Below, one piece after another: positions 1-8,422 of a stretch of 64,000 nt of DNA. The stretch comes from an uncultured Lachnospiraceae bacterium. Its GTDB lineage: Bacteria > Bacillota > Clostridia > Lachnospirales > Lachnospiraceae. Position 1 is the first letter of the stretch. Every line of letters starts with the position of its first letter. The translations under genes were made by a program, and so were the position numbers. Location: assembly GCA_902765725.1 (NCBI GenBank), contig CACXAT010000010.1, forward strand, positions 2,542-66,541, written 5' to 3'. The notes under the pieces are model-generated. The model ran no database searches, was not told where the DNA came from, and saw only the letters and a list, made by a program, of their open reading frames with translations.

Positions 1-237
1 CTGCTTCTGCTCCTGCAGAACAAGGGCAAGGTTTTCTCGATTGACCAGATCTATGAGAAGATCTGGAATGAGGAGGCCTTCTGCGCGGACAACACGGTGA
101 CGGTCCATATCCGCCACATCCGCGAGAAGATCGAGATCGACCCGAAGAACCCGAAGTACCTGAAGGTCATGTGGGGAATCGGATACAAGGTGGAGGACCT
201 GCCGCCTGAGGGCATCACACCCGGGGCAGAAGGCTGA
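1..237 (+). CDS. OmpR/PhoB-family response regulator, C-terminal winged-helix part (5' truncated by the window)
   Basis: My frame-1 translation reads LLLLLQNKGKVFSIDQIYEKIWNEEAFCADNTVTVHIRHIREKIEIDPKNPKYLKVMWGIGYK, ending at TGA 235-237. This is a typical Trans_reg_C motif, and the gene sits directly upstream of a kinase. Confidence 0.9.
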   Translation: MLLLLQNKGKVFSIDQIYEKIWNEEAFCADNTVTVHIRHIREKIEIDPKNPKYLKVMWGIGYKVEDLPPEGITPGAEG

Positions 238-263
238 GGCGGACAGGCAGTCCTGACAGGAAG

Positions 264-2591
264 ATGAAAGATAAGTACTATACTCCGGTCTGGAAGAATA
301 CACTGGTGATCATACAGTGCATATGCGTCGCGGTGATCGTACTGAGCCTGCTGACGATCGAGATCCGGCTGGACGGAACCTTTGATATATCACAGCTCGG
401 CCGTTCCTATGAGGAAACGGCCGTATTTCTGCGCGATGCGGAGAGCACGATCCGCAGGAAGGTGGACTGCAGCCGGAATATCGAGCTGTTCCAGAGCGGG
501 TCGGAGACGGATCTGAATAAACAGATCGATATCCGTCAATATGTACTGGGCATCAGCGACGAGGCAAACCGCAATGAGAACCTGACCTATCTGCTCAGTG
601 ACCTGATCAACTTTTACCCCTCCCTCGGCCAGCTCAAGTCGGCCGTAAAGACATCGACAGAGTCCAGGACAGAGGATGCCACGGCATCAGAATCCTGGGA
701 CAGTCTCGCGAAGGCAAAGGACTGCGAGACGATCCTTCCCATATCCGGGAGCACACTGGCCTCCACGGCCAGCGCCTCCTCCACTCCCTATGAGACACTG
801 CTGGAATACTACAGGATGCTGATCCGTGCCTGCGAGGATATCCATGTCCGCTATCGTTCCTACGTGGAGGAAAATGAGAATCCGGAGGGCTCCGCCAATC
901 CGAAGGCACCCAGCAATATCAGCTTCTATATAGAGAATACCCAGACCAAGAAATCCTATACGAACCTCGGAGTGAACAGCGTTGCCACAGCCAGGGTCGC
1001 CATCGAGGAGGATCAGGAGCTCACCCCTCTGTTTGAAGGCGTGCGCACCATGAATATCATGGTGGCCAATTCGGAGAGTACGCTGAACAGCCGCGCAGCC
1101 TCCTTCTTTATCGATACCGTTTTTCTGGGCTCCAATGAGAGGGTCGTGATCGCGGTCGACCGCAGCTATCCCGTGGGTGATGAACTGCGGAAGGGATATC
1201 TGGATTACCAGAAGAGGGAGCCGGTGGTCATCGCCGCGCTGATACTCACAGTCCTCGCTGTGGTGGTGCTGGTCGCGTGCCTGACCGGAAGCATCCTGGC
1301 CACTGGAAGAAAGAGCAGGACGCAGCTGATCGGGATGGAGGGCTTTGACCTGATCCCCACCGAGATCGCTGCCGGGATCTGCGTGATCTCACTGCTGTTA
1401 TGGTTCTATCTGTTCCGGAACGTTCTGCGCAGCAGGATCCCTGCCCGCTATCACATGGCAGGGATGGCCGCCTTCTGGGTCATCCTCTACTGGATGTGCC
1501 TGATGTCGCTGCTGAGCCTGGCCAGACGGACCAAATGGAAGACGGTCTGGCCCAACAGCGTCATGAGCACCGTCGTCCGGGTCAGCGCCCAGGTCCTGGA
1601 GGCAAAGGTTACCTCCGCCAGAATGCTGATCATATTCGCGGTATTCATGCTGGCCAATTTCCTGCTTCTGAGATTCTTCAGCACCATCGGCGTCGCGATC
1701 GTGATCGTACTGGATCTGGCGATGCTGCTGTATCTGGTGGCCGACCAGCTGGGCAAGCTGAGCGTCCGGGCAGGGCTTCGTGAGCTGTCGGAAGGAAAGC
1801 TGGACTACCGGATCGATACAGCGCCGCTGACCGGAGACAGCCTGGAGATGGCGGAGGCGGTCAATGAGATGGGCGACGGCCTGCAGGAGGCCGTGGATTC
1901 CATCGTCCGGAGCGAGCGCCTGAAGACAGAGCTGATCACAAATGTCTCCCATGACCTCAAGACGCCGCTGACCTCCATCATCAACTATGTGGACCTGCTC
2001 AAGCGCGAAGATCTTCAGAATGAAAAGGCCAGGGAGTATATCGACATACTGGATCGCAAGTCACAGAGGCTCAAGACCCTGATCGCGGACCTGATCGAAG
2101 CCAGCCGGATCAATTCGGGCAATGTGGAGCTCGACATGGCAGAGCTGGATCTTCGCTCCATGGTGCAGATGGCAGCCGGCGAGTTCGAGGACCGGTTCGA
2201 GGAGCTGGGGCTGAAGGTCGAGTTCACCCAGGCGCAGCCCGGGCAGAAGCTGATGATCCGGGCGGACGGCTCCCAGCTGTGGAGAGTGCTGGACAACCTG
2301 CTGAGCAATATCGTGAAGTACGCAAAGAAGGATTCCATCGTGCGCATCACCCTGTCCGGTGAGGAGGGGTTCGCGGAGGCTGTATTTGAAAATGAATCCT
2401 CCGAGGAGCTGCTCAAGAGCGGGGAAGAGCTGGAGGAGCGCTTCGTCCGGGGCGACAGCAGCCGCAATTCGGAGGGCAGCGGACTCGGGCTGTCGATCGC
2501 GGGCAGTCTGACAGAGCTTATGGGCGGTACATTTTCCGTGACCACCCAGGGCGACCGGTTCTGCGCAAGGCTTCAGTTCCCGCTGCTGTGA
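264..2591 (+). CDS. Sensor histidine kinase with large extracytoplasmic domain and several TM helices
   Basis: H-box ITNVSHDLKTPLTSII, N-box DNLLSNIVKYA, G-box GSGLGLSIA; N-terminal TM segment. Confidence 0.92.
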   Translation: MKDKYYTPVWKNTLVIIQCICVAVIVLSLLTIEIRLDGTFDISQLGRSYEETAVFLRDAESTIRRKVDCSRNIELFQSGSETDLNKQIDIRQYVLGISDEANRNENLTYLLSDLINFYPSLGQLKSAVKTSTESRTEDATASESWDSLAKAKDCETILPISGSTLASTASASSTPYETLLEYYRMLIRACEDIHVRYRSYVEENENPEGSANPKAPSNISFYIENTQTKKSYTNLGVNSVATARVAIEEDQELTPLFEGVRTMNIMVANSESTLNSRAASFFIDTVFLGSNERVVIAVDRSYPVGDELRKGYLDYQKREPVVIAALILTVLAVVVLVACLTGSILATGRKSRTQLIGMEGFDLIPTEIAAGICVISLLLWFYLFRNVLRSRIPARYHMAGMAAFWVILYWMCLMSLLSLARRTKWKTVWPNSVMSTVVRVSAQVLEAKVTSARMLIIFAVFMLANFLLLRFFSTIGVAIVIVLDLAMLLYLVADQLGKLSVRAGLRELSEGKLDYRIDTAPLTGDSLEMAEAVNEMGDGLQEAVDSIVRSERLKTELITNVSHDLKTPLTSIINYVDLLKREDLQNEKAREYIDILDRKSQRLKTLIADLIEASRINSGNVELDMAELDLRSMVQMAAGEFEDRFEELGLKVEFTQAQPGQKLMIRADGSQLWRVLDNLLSNIVKYAKKDSIVRITLSGEEGFAEAVFENESSEELLKSGEELEERFVRGDSSRNSEGSGLGLSIAGSLTELMGGTFSVTTQGDRFCARLQFPLL

Positions 2592-2738
2592 GCATCTCCG
2601 GGATGGTGAAAGTTTGGTGAATTATGCGGGGCATCTCTTGCAGGGGCTGATCAAAGTATTTATCCTAGAATCATGCCGCCCGGGCTTATCGTAAAAGCCT
2701 GCTGATCCTGGAAAATATTGTTCAGAGGTGAGACAAGA

Positions 2739-3140
2739 ATGAACTGGAGAGACCGTTTTAACAGATTTATGTATGGGCGATACGGACAGGATGACCTGTC
2801 CAGATTCCTTCTGATCGTGGCGCTTGTTCTGCTGATCGTGAATCTGCTGTTCAGGCTGCCCGGAAGCGGGATCCTCGTACTCCTGATCCTGGGGTATAAT
2901 TATTTTCGCATGTTTTCACGCAATGTCCCCGCCCGCTATGCGGAGAACCAGAAGTACCTGCAGATGAAGGGACGTGTCCTGGACTTCTTCCGGGGCCGGA
3001 AGAACCGCGCGGAGGATCTGAAGGAGAACCATATCTACCGCTGTCCCAAGTGCAGTCAGAAGATCCGCATCCCCAGAGGCAAGGGGATGGTGGAGATCAC
3101 CTGCCCGAAATGCAGAACGAAGTTCCGCAAGAGGAGCTGA
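2739..3140 (+). CDS. Small membrane protein with C-terminal zinc ribbon
   Basis: ATG 2739 follows GAGGTG. Two hydrophobic helices, then CPKC...CPKC. Confidence 0.8.
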   Translation: MNWRDRFNRFMYGRYGQDDLSRFLLIVALVLLIVNLLFRLPGSGILVLLILGYNYFRMFSRNVPARYAENQKYLQMKGRVLDFFRGRKNRAEDLKENHIYRCPKCSQKIRIPRGKGMVEITCPKCRTKFRKRS

Positions 3141-3143
3141 GCC

Positions 3144-4079
3144 ATGTTTGGTTATGTAACGGTCAACCGGCCGGAGCTGAAAGTAAAGGAACTGGAATTG
3201 TACCGCAGTTATTACTGCGGTCTGTGTGCTGAACTGCACAGAAGATACGGAAGGAAGGGACAGCTGCTGCTGTCCTATGACTGTACCTTCCTCCTGCTCC
3301 TGCTGACGGGCACCTATGAGCCGGAAGAGACACAAAAGCTTAGCAGATGCATCGTACATCCCGCGATCGTGCACAGAGAGACCTCCAACCGCTTCACGCA
3401 GTACGCGGCGGATATGAATGTCCTGCTTGCCTGGCTGAAAGCAGCCGATGACTGGCGGGATGAGCGGAAGCAGAGCGCTAAGCTTCTGGCGATGCTGCTT
3501 CGCAGGGACTATCTGAAGATACGGGAGAGATACCCGCGCCAGGAGAAGGCGGTCAGGGAAAATATCCAGGCCCTGTACAGAGAAGAGAGGCGGGAACAGC
3601 GTTCAGCCGCCAGCTTCGAGGGGCAGGCCGGAAGTGAGAAGGTAGCCCAGATCCTGGCCAGAATCGACAAGACGGCAGGCTACACCGGGCGTTTCCTCGG
3701 GGAGCTGTGCGTGGTCCGGGAGGACCGCTGGGCGGAGGACCTGAGAGGCACCGGATTCTACCTTGGCAAGTTCATTTACCTGATCGACGCATATGACGAT
3801 CTGGAAGAAGACCGGAAAAAGGGAAACTACAATGTACTTCTGGAGCTGCAGAGAGCCCTTCCGGAGTCGTTCGAGGACTATGTGAGACAGATCCTGCTGG
3901 ATACGGCAGCCTGCTGCTGCAGGGTATTCGAGCGTCTTCCCATCGTGAAGGATGTGGAGCTTCTGCGAAACATTCTGTATTCGGGGATCTGGGTGAGATT
4001 CCACCAGATCCGCAATGGGGAAGAGAAGGAGAAGAAGGCACCGGCATATTGCGACATGGCATACCGGAGGCAGATTTGA
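3144..4079 (+). CDS. DUF5685-like protein (possible isoprenoid-synthase-like fold; see findings)
   Basis: MFGYV...YYCGLC...LSYDCTFL N-terminus recalled as the DUF5685 family; Asp-rich motifs DDWRDE and DAYDDLEED. Confidence 0.75.
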   Translation: MFGYVTVNRPELKVKELELYRSYYCGLCAELHRRYGRKGQLLLSYDCTFLLLLLTGTYEPEETQKLSRCIVHPAIVHRETSNRFTQYAADMNVLLAWLKAADDWRDERKQSAKLLAMLLRRDYLKIRERYPRQEKAVRENIQALYREERREQRSAASFEGQAGSEKVAQILARIDKTAGYTGRFLGELCVVREDRWAEDLRGTGFYLGKFIYLIDAYDDLEEDRKKGNYNVLLELQRALPESFEDYVRQILLDTAACCCRVFERLPIVKDVELLRNILYSGIWVRFHQIRNGEEKEKKAPAYCDMAYRRQI

Positions 4080-4098
4080 AGAGCACAGGGGAAGGCAG

Positions 4099-4755
4099 AT
4101 GAGAGATCCATATGATGTCCTCGGGATTCCGAGGGATGCGTCTGACGATGAGATCAAGAAGGCGTACAGGACACTGAGCCGGAAGTATCACCCGGACGCG
4201 AACATCAATAATCCGAATAAGGCGCAGGCTGAGGAGAAGTTCAAGGAAGTACAGGAGGCATATGACGCCCTCCAGAATAAGAAGAGCGGCTACGGACCTG
4301 GAAGCAGCTACAGTTCAGGCTCGTATAGTTCCGGCTCCTACGGCGGGTTCTACGATGGCTTCGGCTTCGGAGGCTACGGCCAGAGAGAGTCTGACGTTCA
4401 CATGCAGGCTGCGGCAAACTATATCAACAGCCGTCACTTTGCGGAGGCGCTGAATGTCCTGAACGGCATACGGGACCGGGACGGACGGTGGTATTATCTG
4501 AGCGCGATCGCCAATGCCGGCTCCGGCAATAACGTGCTGGCCCGCCAGATGGCGCAGACGGCAGTTCAGATGGAACCCGACAATATGCTCTACCGGCAGT
4601 ATCTCAGCCAGCTTGAGGGCGGCGGCAGCTGGTACCAGGGCATGGGCAACGCCTACGGCGCGCCGATGGAGACGGATTCGGATATGTGCACCAGGCTGTG
4701 TCTGGCGAATCTTCTGTGCGGCATGTGCGGACCCGGAGCCTGCTGCTGTCTGTGA
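4099..4755 (+). CDS. J-domain (DnaJ-type) co-chaperone with TPR-like region and Cys-rich C-terminal tail
   Basis: DPYDVLG...YHPD J-domain; helical repeat region; tail [22 protein letters not shown]. Confidence 0.85.
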   Translation: MRDPYDVLGIPRDASDDEIKKAYRTLSRKYHPDANINNPNKAQAEEKFKEVQEAYDALQNKKSGYGPGSSYSSGSYSSGSYGGFYDGFGFGGYGQRESDVHMQAAANYINSRHFAEALNVLNGIRDRDGRWYYLSAIANAGSGNNVLARQMAQTAVQMEPDNMLYRQYLSQLEGGGSWYQGMGNAYGAPMETDSDMCTRLCLANLLCGMCGPGACCCL

Positions 4756-4858
4756 CAGAGCGCAGTGCATTTTATCTGGCCTCGCAGCGTGGACATGGCT
4801 GCAGGGAATTGGTAAAATATAAGTGGATCTGTCAATCCAAAGATTCGGAGGTGGAGAG

Positions 4859-5473
4859 ATGGCTGGAAGAGATATTATTACGATCGGCAGGCAGTTTGGA
4901 AGCGGCGGTCACGAAGTGGGAAGAAGACTTGCGGCAGAGCTCGGACTTACGCTCTACGACAAGGAACTGCTGAAGATGGTCGCGCAGGAGAGCAATATCT
5001 GCGAGCAGGTTCTTGAGGACTATGATGAGAAGCCTACGGGAAGCCTTCTCTATTCAATCATGATGGATATCTATCCGTCCATGAATTATGTCGGCAACAC
5101 ACTTCAGCAGCAGGTCGTGCAGGCTCAGTATGACACGATCATGAAGATCGGCCAGAAGGGCGGCTGCGTGATCGTCGGAAGAGCGGCTGACTATATCCTT
5201 CGCGACAATCCGCGCCTGACCAGCGTGTTTATCCACGCAAGTGACGAATTCCGCATTAAGAGGATCACTGAGTATGAGCATATCAGTGATGACAAGGCCA
5301 GGGACATGATCGCGAAGGCGGACAAGAAGAGAGCGTCCTTCTACAACTTCCAGACAGAGAAGCGGTGGGGCCACGCGGCGTCCTACAATCTGTCCGTTGA
5401 CACCAGTCAGCTGGGGATCGACGGATGCGTCACTCTGATCCGCAGGTATCTTGAATTAAAGAATGCGAGATAA
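4859..5473 (+). CDS. Cytidylate kinase-like family protein
   Basis: ITIGRQFGSGGHEVG P-loop-like motif, CVIVGRAADYIL, YNLSVDTS; ATG 4859 follows GGAGAG. Confidence 0.85.
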   Translation: MAGRDIITIGRQFGSGGHEVGRRLAAELGLTLYDKELLKMVAQESNICEQVLEDYDEKPTGSLLYSIMMDIYPSMNYVGNTLQQQVVQAQYDTIMKIGQKGGCVIVGRAADYILRDNPRLTSVFIHASDEFRIKRITEYEHISDDKARDMIAKADKKRASFYNFQTEKRWGHAASYNLSVDTSQLGIDGCVTLIRRYLELKNAR

Positions 5474-5534
5474 TACCGGGCGGATCCAAACATCTTAGAG
5501 CTTATTATTTTTAGGAAAGAACAGGCAGTATATT

Positions 5535-7499
5535 ATGAATGATAATAACCGGAACGACCAGAACGGGAATCCCAATCAGAACCGGAATCACTCGACCGTA
5601 CTGATCTTTATGGTGGTCACACTGGTCACGCTGGTTCTGATGAGCATTGTCAACCGGGCCATGAATGACTCTACCTCCATGGAGATCACCTACGATCAGT
5701 TCCTGGAGCTGCTGAACAAGGGTCTGGTCGACTCTGTTACGGTCGATGAAGACAAGCTGACGATCGTGACGAAGAGGCAGGGACTTGCCAGCCAGGGAGT
5801 CGAGATGACCTACTACACGGGAAGGATCAATGATCTGCACCTGGTGGACCGTCTCGATCAGGCCAATGTCGAATTCAAGGAGAAGATTCCGGACAATACG
5901 ACGAGTCTGATACTCAATGTCGTGCTCAGCTTCGCGCCGCTGATCCTGATCTGGATCCTGATGGGCGTGGTGCTGCGCAGGATGTCAGGGGCCGGAGGCA
6001 TGATGGGCGTGGGCAAGAGCCGCGCCAAGATGTACATGCAGTCCGAGACCGGCGTAACCTTCAAGGACGTCGCCGGACAGGATGAGGCGAAGGAATCCCT
6101 GCAGGAGACGGTAGAGTTTCTGGAACATCCGGAGAAATATGCCGACATCGGAGCCAAGCTTCCGAAGGGCTGCCTGCTCGTAGGACCTCCCGGAACCGGC
6201 AAGACACTTCTGGCGAAGGCTGTTGCGGGAGAGGCCCATGTGCCCTTCTTCTCCCTGACCGGTTCGGATTTCGTTGAGATGTTTGTCGGCGTCGGCGCAA
6301 GCCGCGTGCGTGACCTGTTTGACGAAGCCAAGAAGAACGCGCCCTGCATCATCTTCATCGATGAGATCGACGCGATCGGCAAGAGCAGGAATTCCGGCGG
6401 ATACGGCGGCAATGATGAGCGTGAGCAGACGCTGAACCAGCTGCTGTCCGAGATGGACGGATTCGACACCTCCAAGGGTCTTCTGATCCTGGCGGCCACA
6501 AACCGTCCGGAGGTCCTGGACCCGGCACTGCTTCGCCCGGGCAGATTTGACCGCAGAGTTACTGTTGAGAAGCCGGATCTGCAGGGACGTATCGATGTCC
6601 TGAAGGTCCATGCCAAGAATGTGCATCTGGATGACACGGTAGATCTGAAGGAGATCGCCCTGTCCACCTCCGGCGCTGTCGGTTCGGACCTTGCCAATAT
6701 GATCAATGAGGCAGCGATCCTGGCGGTCAAGAACGGCCGCGCGGCAGTCAGCCAGAAAGACCTGCTGGAAGCAGTCGAGCTGGTCCTCGTGGGCAAGGAG
6801 AAGAAGAACCGGATCCTCTCCAGAGAAGAGCGCAGGATCGTTTCCTACCACGAAGTCGGGCACGCCCTTGTCTCCGCGCTGCAGAAGCACTCGGAGCCGG
6901 TGCAGAAGATCACGATCGTTCCCAGGACCATGGGCGCCCTCGGATATGTCATGAACGTTCCGGAGGAGGAGAAGTACCTCAACACAGAGGCAGAGATCCG
7001 CGCGATGCTGGTAGAGTTCGTGGCAGGCCGGGCGGCGGAAGAGATCGTATTCAATACCGTGACGACCGGTGCGGCCAACGATATCGAGAAGGCCACCAGG
7101 GTCGCCAGAGCCATGGTTACCCAGTATGGCATGAGCGAGAAGTTCGGACTTGCCCAGCTGGAATCCCCGGCGAGCCAGTACCTGGATGACGGCAGGATCG
7201 TGATGAACTGCTCTGACGCTACGGCGGCAGAGGTCGATCACGAAGTGATCCGGATCCTGAAAGACTCCTACGAGCAGGCGAAGAAGCTGCTCACAGAGCA
7301 CAGAGAGGCGATGAACCGCATCGCCGAGTTCCTGATTGAGAAAGAGACCATCACCGGCAAGCAGTTCATGGATCTGTTCTATGAAGTGGAGGGGATCGAT
7401 CCTTCCGAGGCGAAGAAGGAAGCCAGGATCCAGGAGAACGTGATCCCTCAGGAGCCGGCATCTCCTGAGGCAGAATGCAAGAATCATGCCGAGGAATAA
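5535..7499 (+). CDS. ftsH: ATP-dependent zinc metalloprotease FtsH
   Basis: Two TM helices, Walker A GPPGTGKT, Walker [21 protein letters not shown], zinc motif HEVGH. Confidence 0.97.
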   Translation: MNDNNRNDQNGNPNQNRNHSTVLIFMVVTLVTLVLMSIVNRAMNDSTSMEITYDQFLELLNKGLVDSVTVDEDKLTIVTKRQGLASQGVEMTYYTGRINDLHLVDRLDQANVEFKEKIPDNTTSLILNVVLSFAPLILIWILMGVVLRRMSGAGGMMGVGKSRAKMYMQSETGVTFKDVAGQDEAKESLQETVEFLEHPEKYADIGAKLPKGCLLVGPPGTGKTLLAKAVAGEAHVPFFSLTGSDFVEMFVGVGASRVRDLFDEAKKNAPCIIFIDEIDAIGKSRNSGGYGGNDEREQTLNQLLSEMDGFDTSKGLLILAATNRPEVLDPALLRPGRFDRRVTVEKPDLQGRIDVLKVHAKNVHLDDTVDLKEIALSTSGAVGSDLANMINEAAILAVKNGRAAVSQKDLLEAVELVLVGKEKKNRILSREERRIVSYHEVGHALVSALQKHSEPVQKITIVPRTMGALGYVMNVPEEEKYLNTEAEIRAMLVEFVAGRAAEEIVFNTVTTGAANDIEKATRVARAMVTQYGMSEKFGLAQLESPASQYLDDGRIVMNCSDATAAEVDHEVIRILKDSYEQAKKLLTEHREAMNRIAEFLIEKETITGKQFMDLFYEVEGIDPSEAKKEARIQENVIPQEPASPEAECKNHAEE

Positions 7500-7550
7500 T
7501 GCCGGAAAACCCATGAAGTTCAGCATCTCGCCGAATATTCAGACAACAGC

Positions 7551-7579
7551 TTGACAGCCGGGGTTCTCTGGAGTACCAT
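7551..7579 (+). promoter_or_regulatory. Sigma-A-type promoter upstream of the PAP2 gene
   Basis: TTGACA (7551-7556), 17 bp spacer, TACCAT (7574-7579). Confidence 0.6.
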
Positions 7580-7584
7580 CGGCA

Positions 7585-8352
7585 ATGCTGAGAGAAAAAT
7601 GGAGAAGATATAAAGGGTATTCGAAGGCAGTAAGCAGAATTATGAATGGAAAGGTCAGGAAAATAAGAGAAGTTTGCCGCACACACCGGCATGCATACTG
7701 GATCCTCCTGTATGTTGCGATCTATATGATCGGTTTCAACGTGCTGGAGAATGCAGGCCATGTGCATTATCATATTATTCATACATGGCTGGATGACCAG
7801 ATCCCGTTCTGCGAGTACTTCATCATCCCGTATTTCCTGTGGTTCGGGTTCAATGTTGCGGTTGTGACCTGGATCGTATTCAAAGGAACGGTCGAGGAGA
7901 CCTACAAGGTTTCGGCAGTCCTGATGACAGGAATGATGATCTTCCTGGTCGTGTCCGCGGTCTATCCGAATAAGCTGGACCTGCGTCCGGATTATGTGGA
8001 TACGAGCAACATCTGCGGTATGCTGGTCTCCTTCCTCTACAAGACGGATACGCCGACCAACGTACTGCCCAGCATCCATGTGTTCAACACCATGGCACTG
8101 TGCTTTGCGGTACATGGCAACAAACAGCTTCGTGAGCACAGACTGGTGACGCTCTCATCCGACATACTGGGCGTACTGATCGTACTGTCCACCATGTTCC
8201 TGAAGCAGCATTCGGTAATCGATGTTTCACTGGGACTGGTCATGAGCGTCATGCTCCAGATGATCGGAGACAGGATCTTCGAGACACCTGCGGAGGCAGC
8301 ACTGGCAGGACAGCGGGTGTACAGAAGGCGCTCCGAGCATGCGGCAGATTGA
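7585..8352 (+). CDS. PAP2-family integral membrane phosphatase/phosphotransferase
   Basis: Multi-TM; NVLPSIHV and KQHSVID catalytic-type motifs. The start could alternatively be ATG 7642. Confidence 0.8.
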   Translation: MLREKWRRYKGYSKAVSRIMNGKVRKIREVCRTHRHAYWILLYVAIYMIGFNVLENAGHVHYHIIHTWLDDQIPFCEYFIIPYFLWFGFNVAVVTWIVFKGTVEETYKVSAVLMTGMMIFLVVSAVYPNKLDLRPDYVDTSNICGMLVSFLYKTDTPTNVLPSIHVFNTMALCFAVHGNKQLREHRLVTLSSDILGVLIVLSTMFLKQHSVIDVSLGLVMSVMLQMIGDRIFETPAEAALAGQRVYRRRSEHAAD

Positions 8353-8376
8353 CAGAATAGAATGATTTCATTTACG

Positions 8377-8413
8377 ATGCACAGAGATTCATAATCTCTG
8401 TGCATTGTTCTTT
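8377..8413 (+). terminator. Perfect 13-bp hairpin with T-rich tail between the PAP2 gene and uvrC
   Basis: ATGCACAGAGATT-CAT-AATCTCTGTGCAT followed by TGTTCTTT. Confidence 0.6.
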
Positions 8414-8422
8414 GGAGGACCT

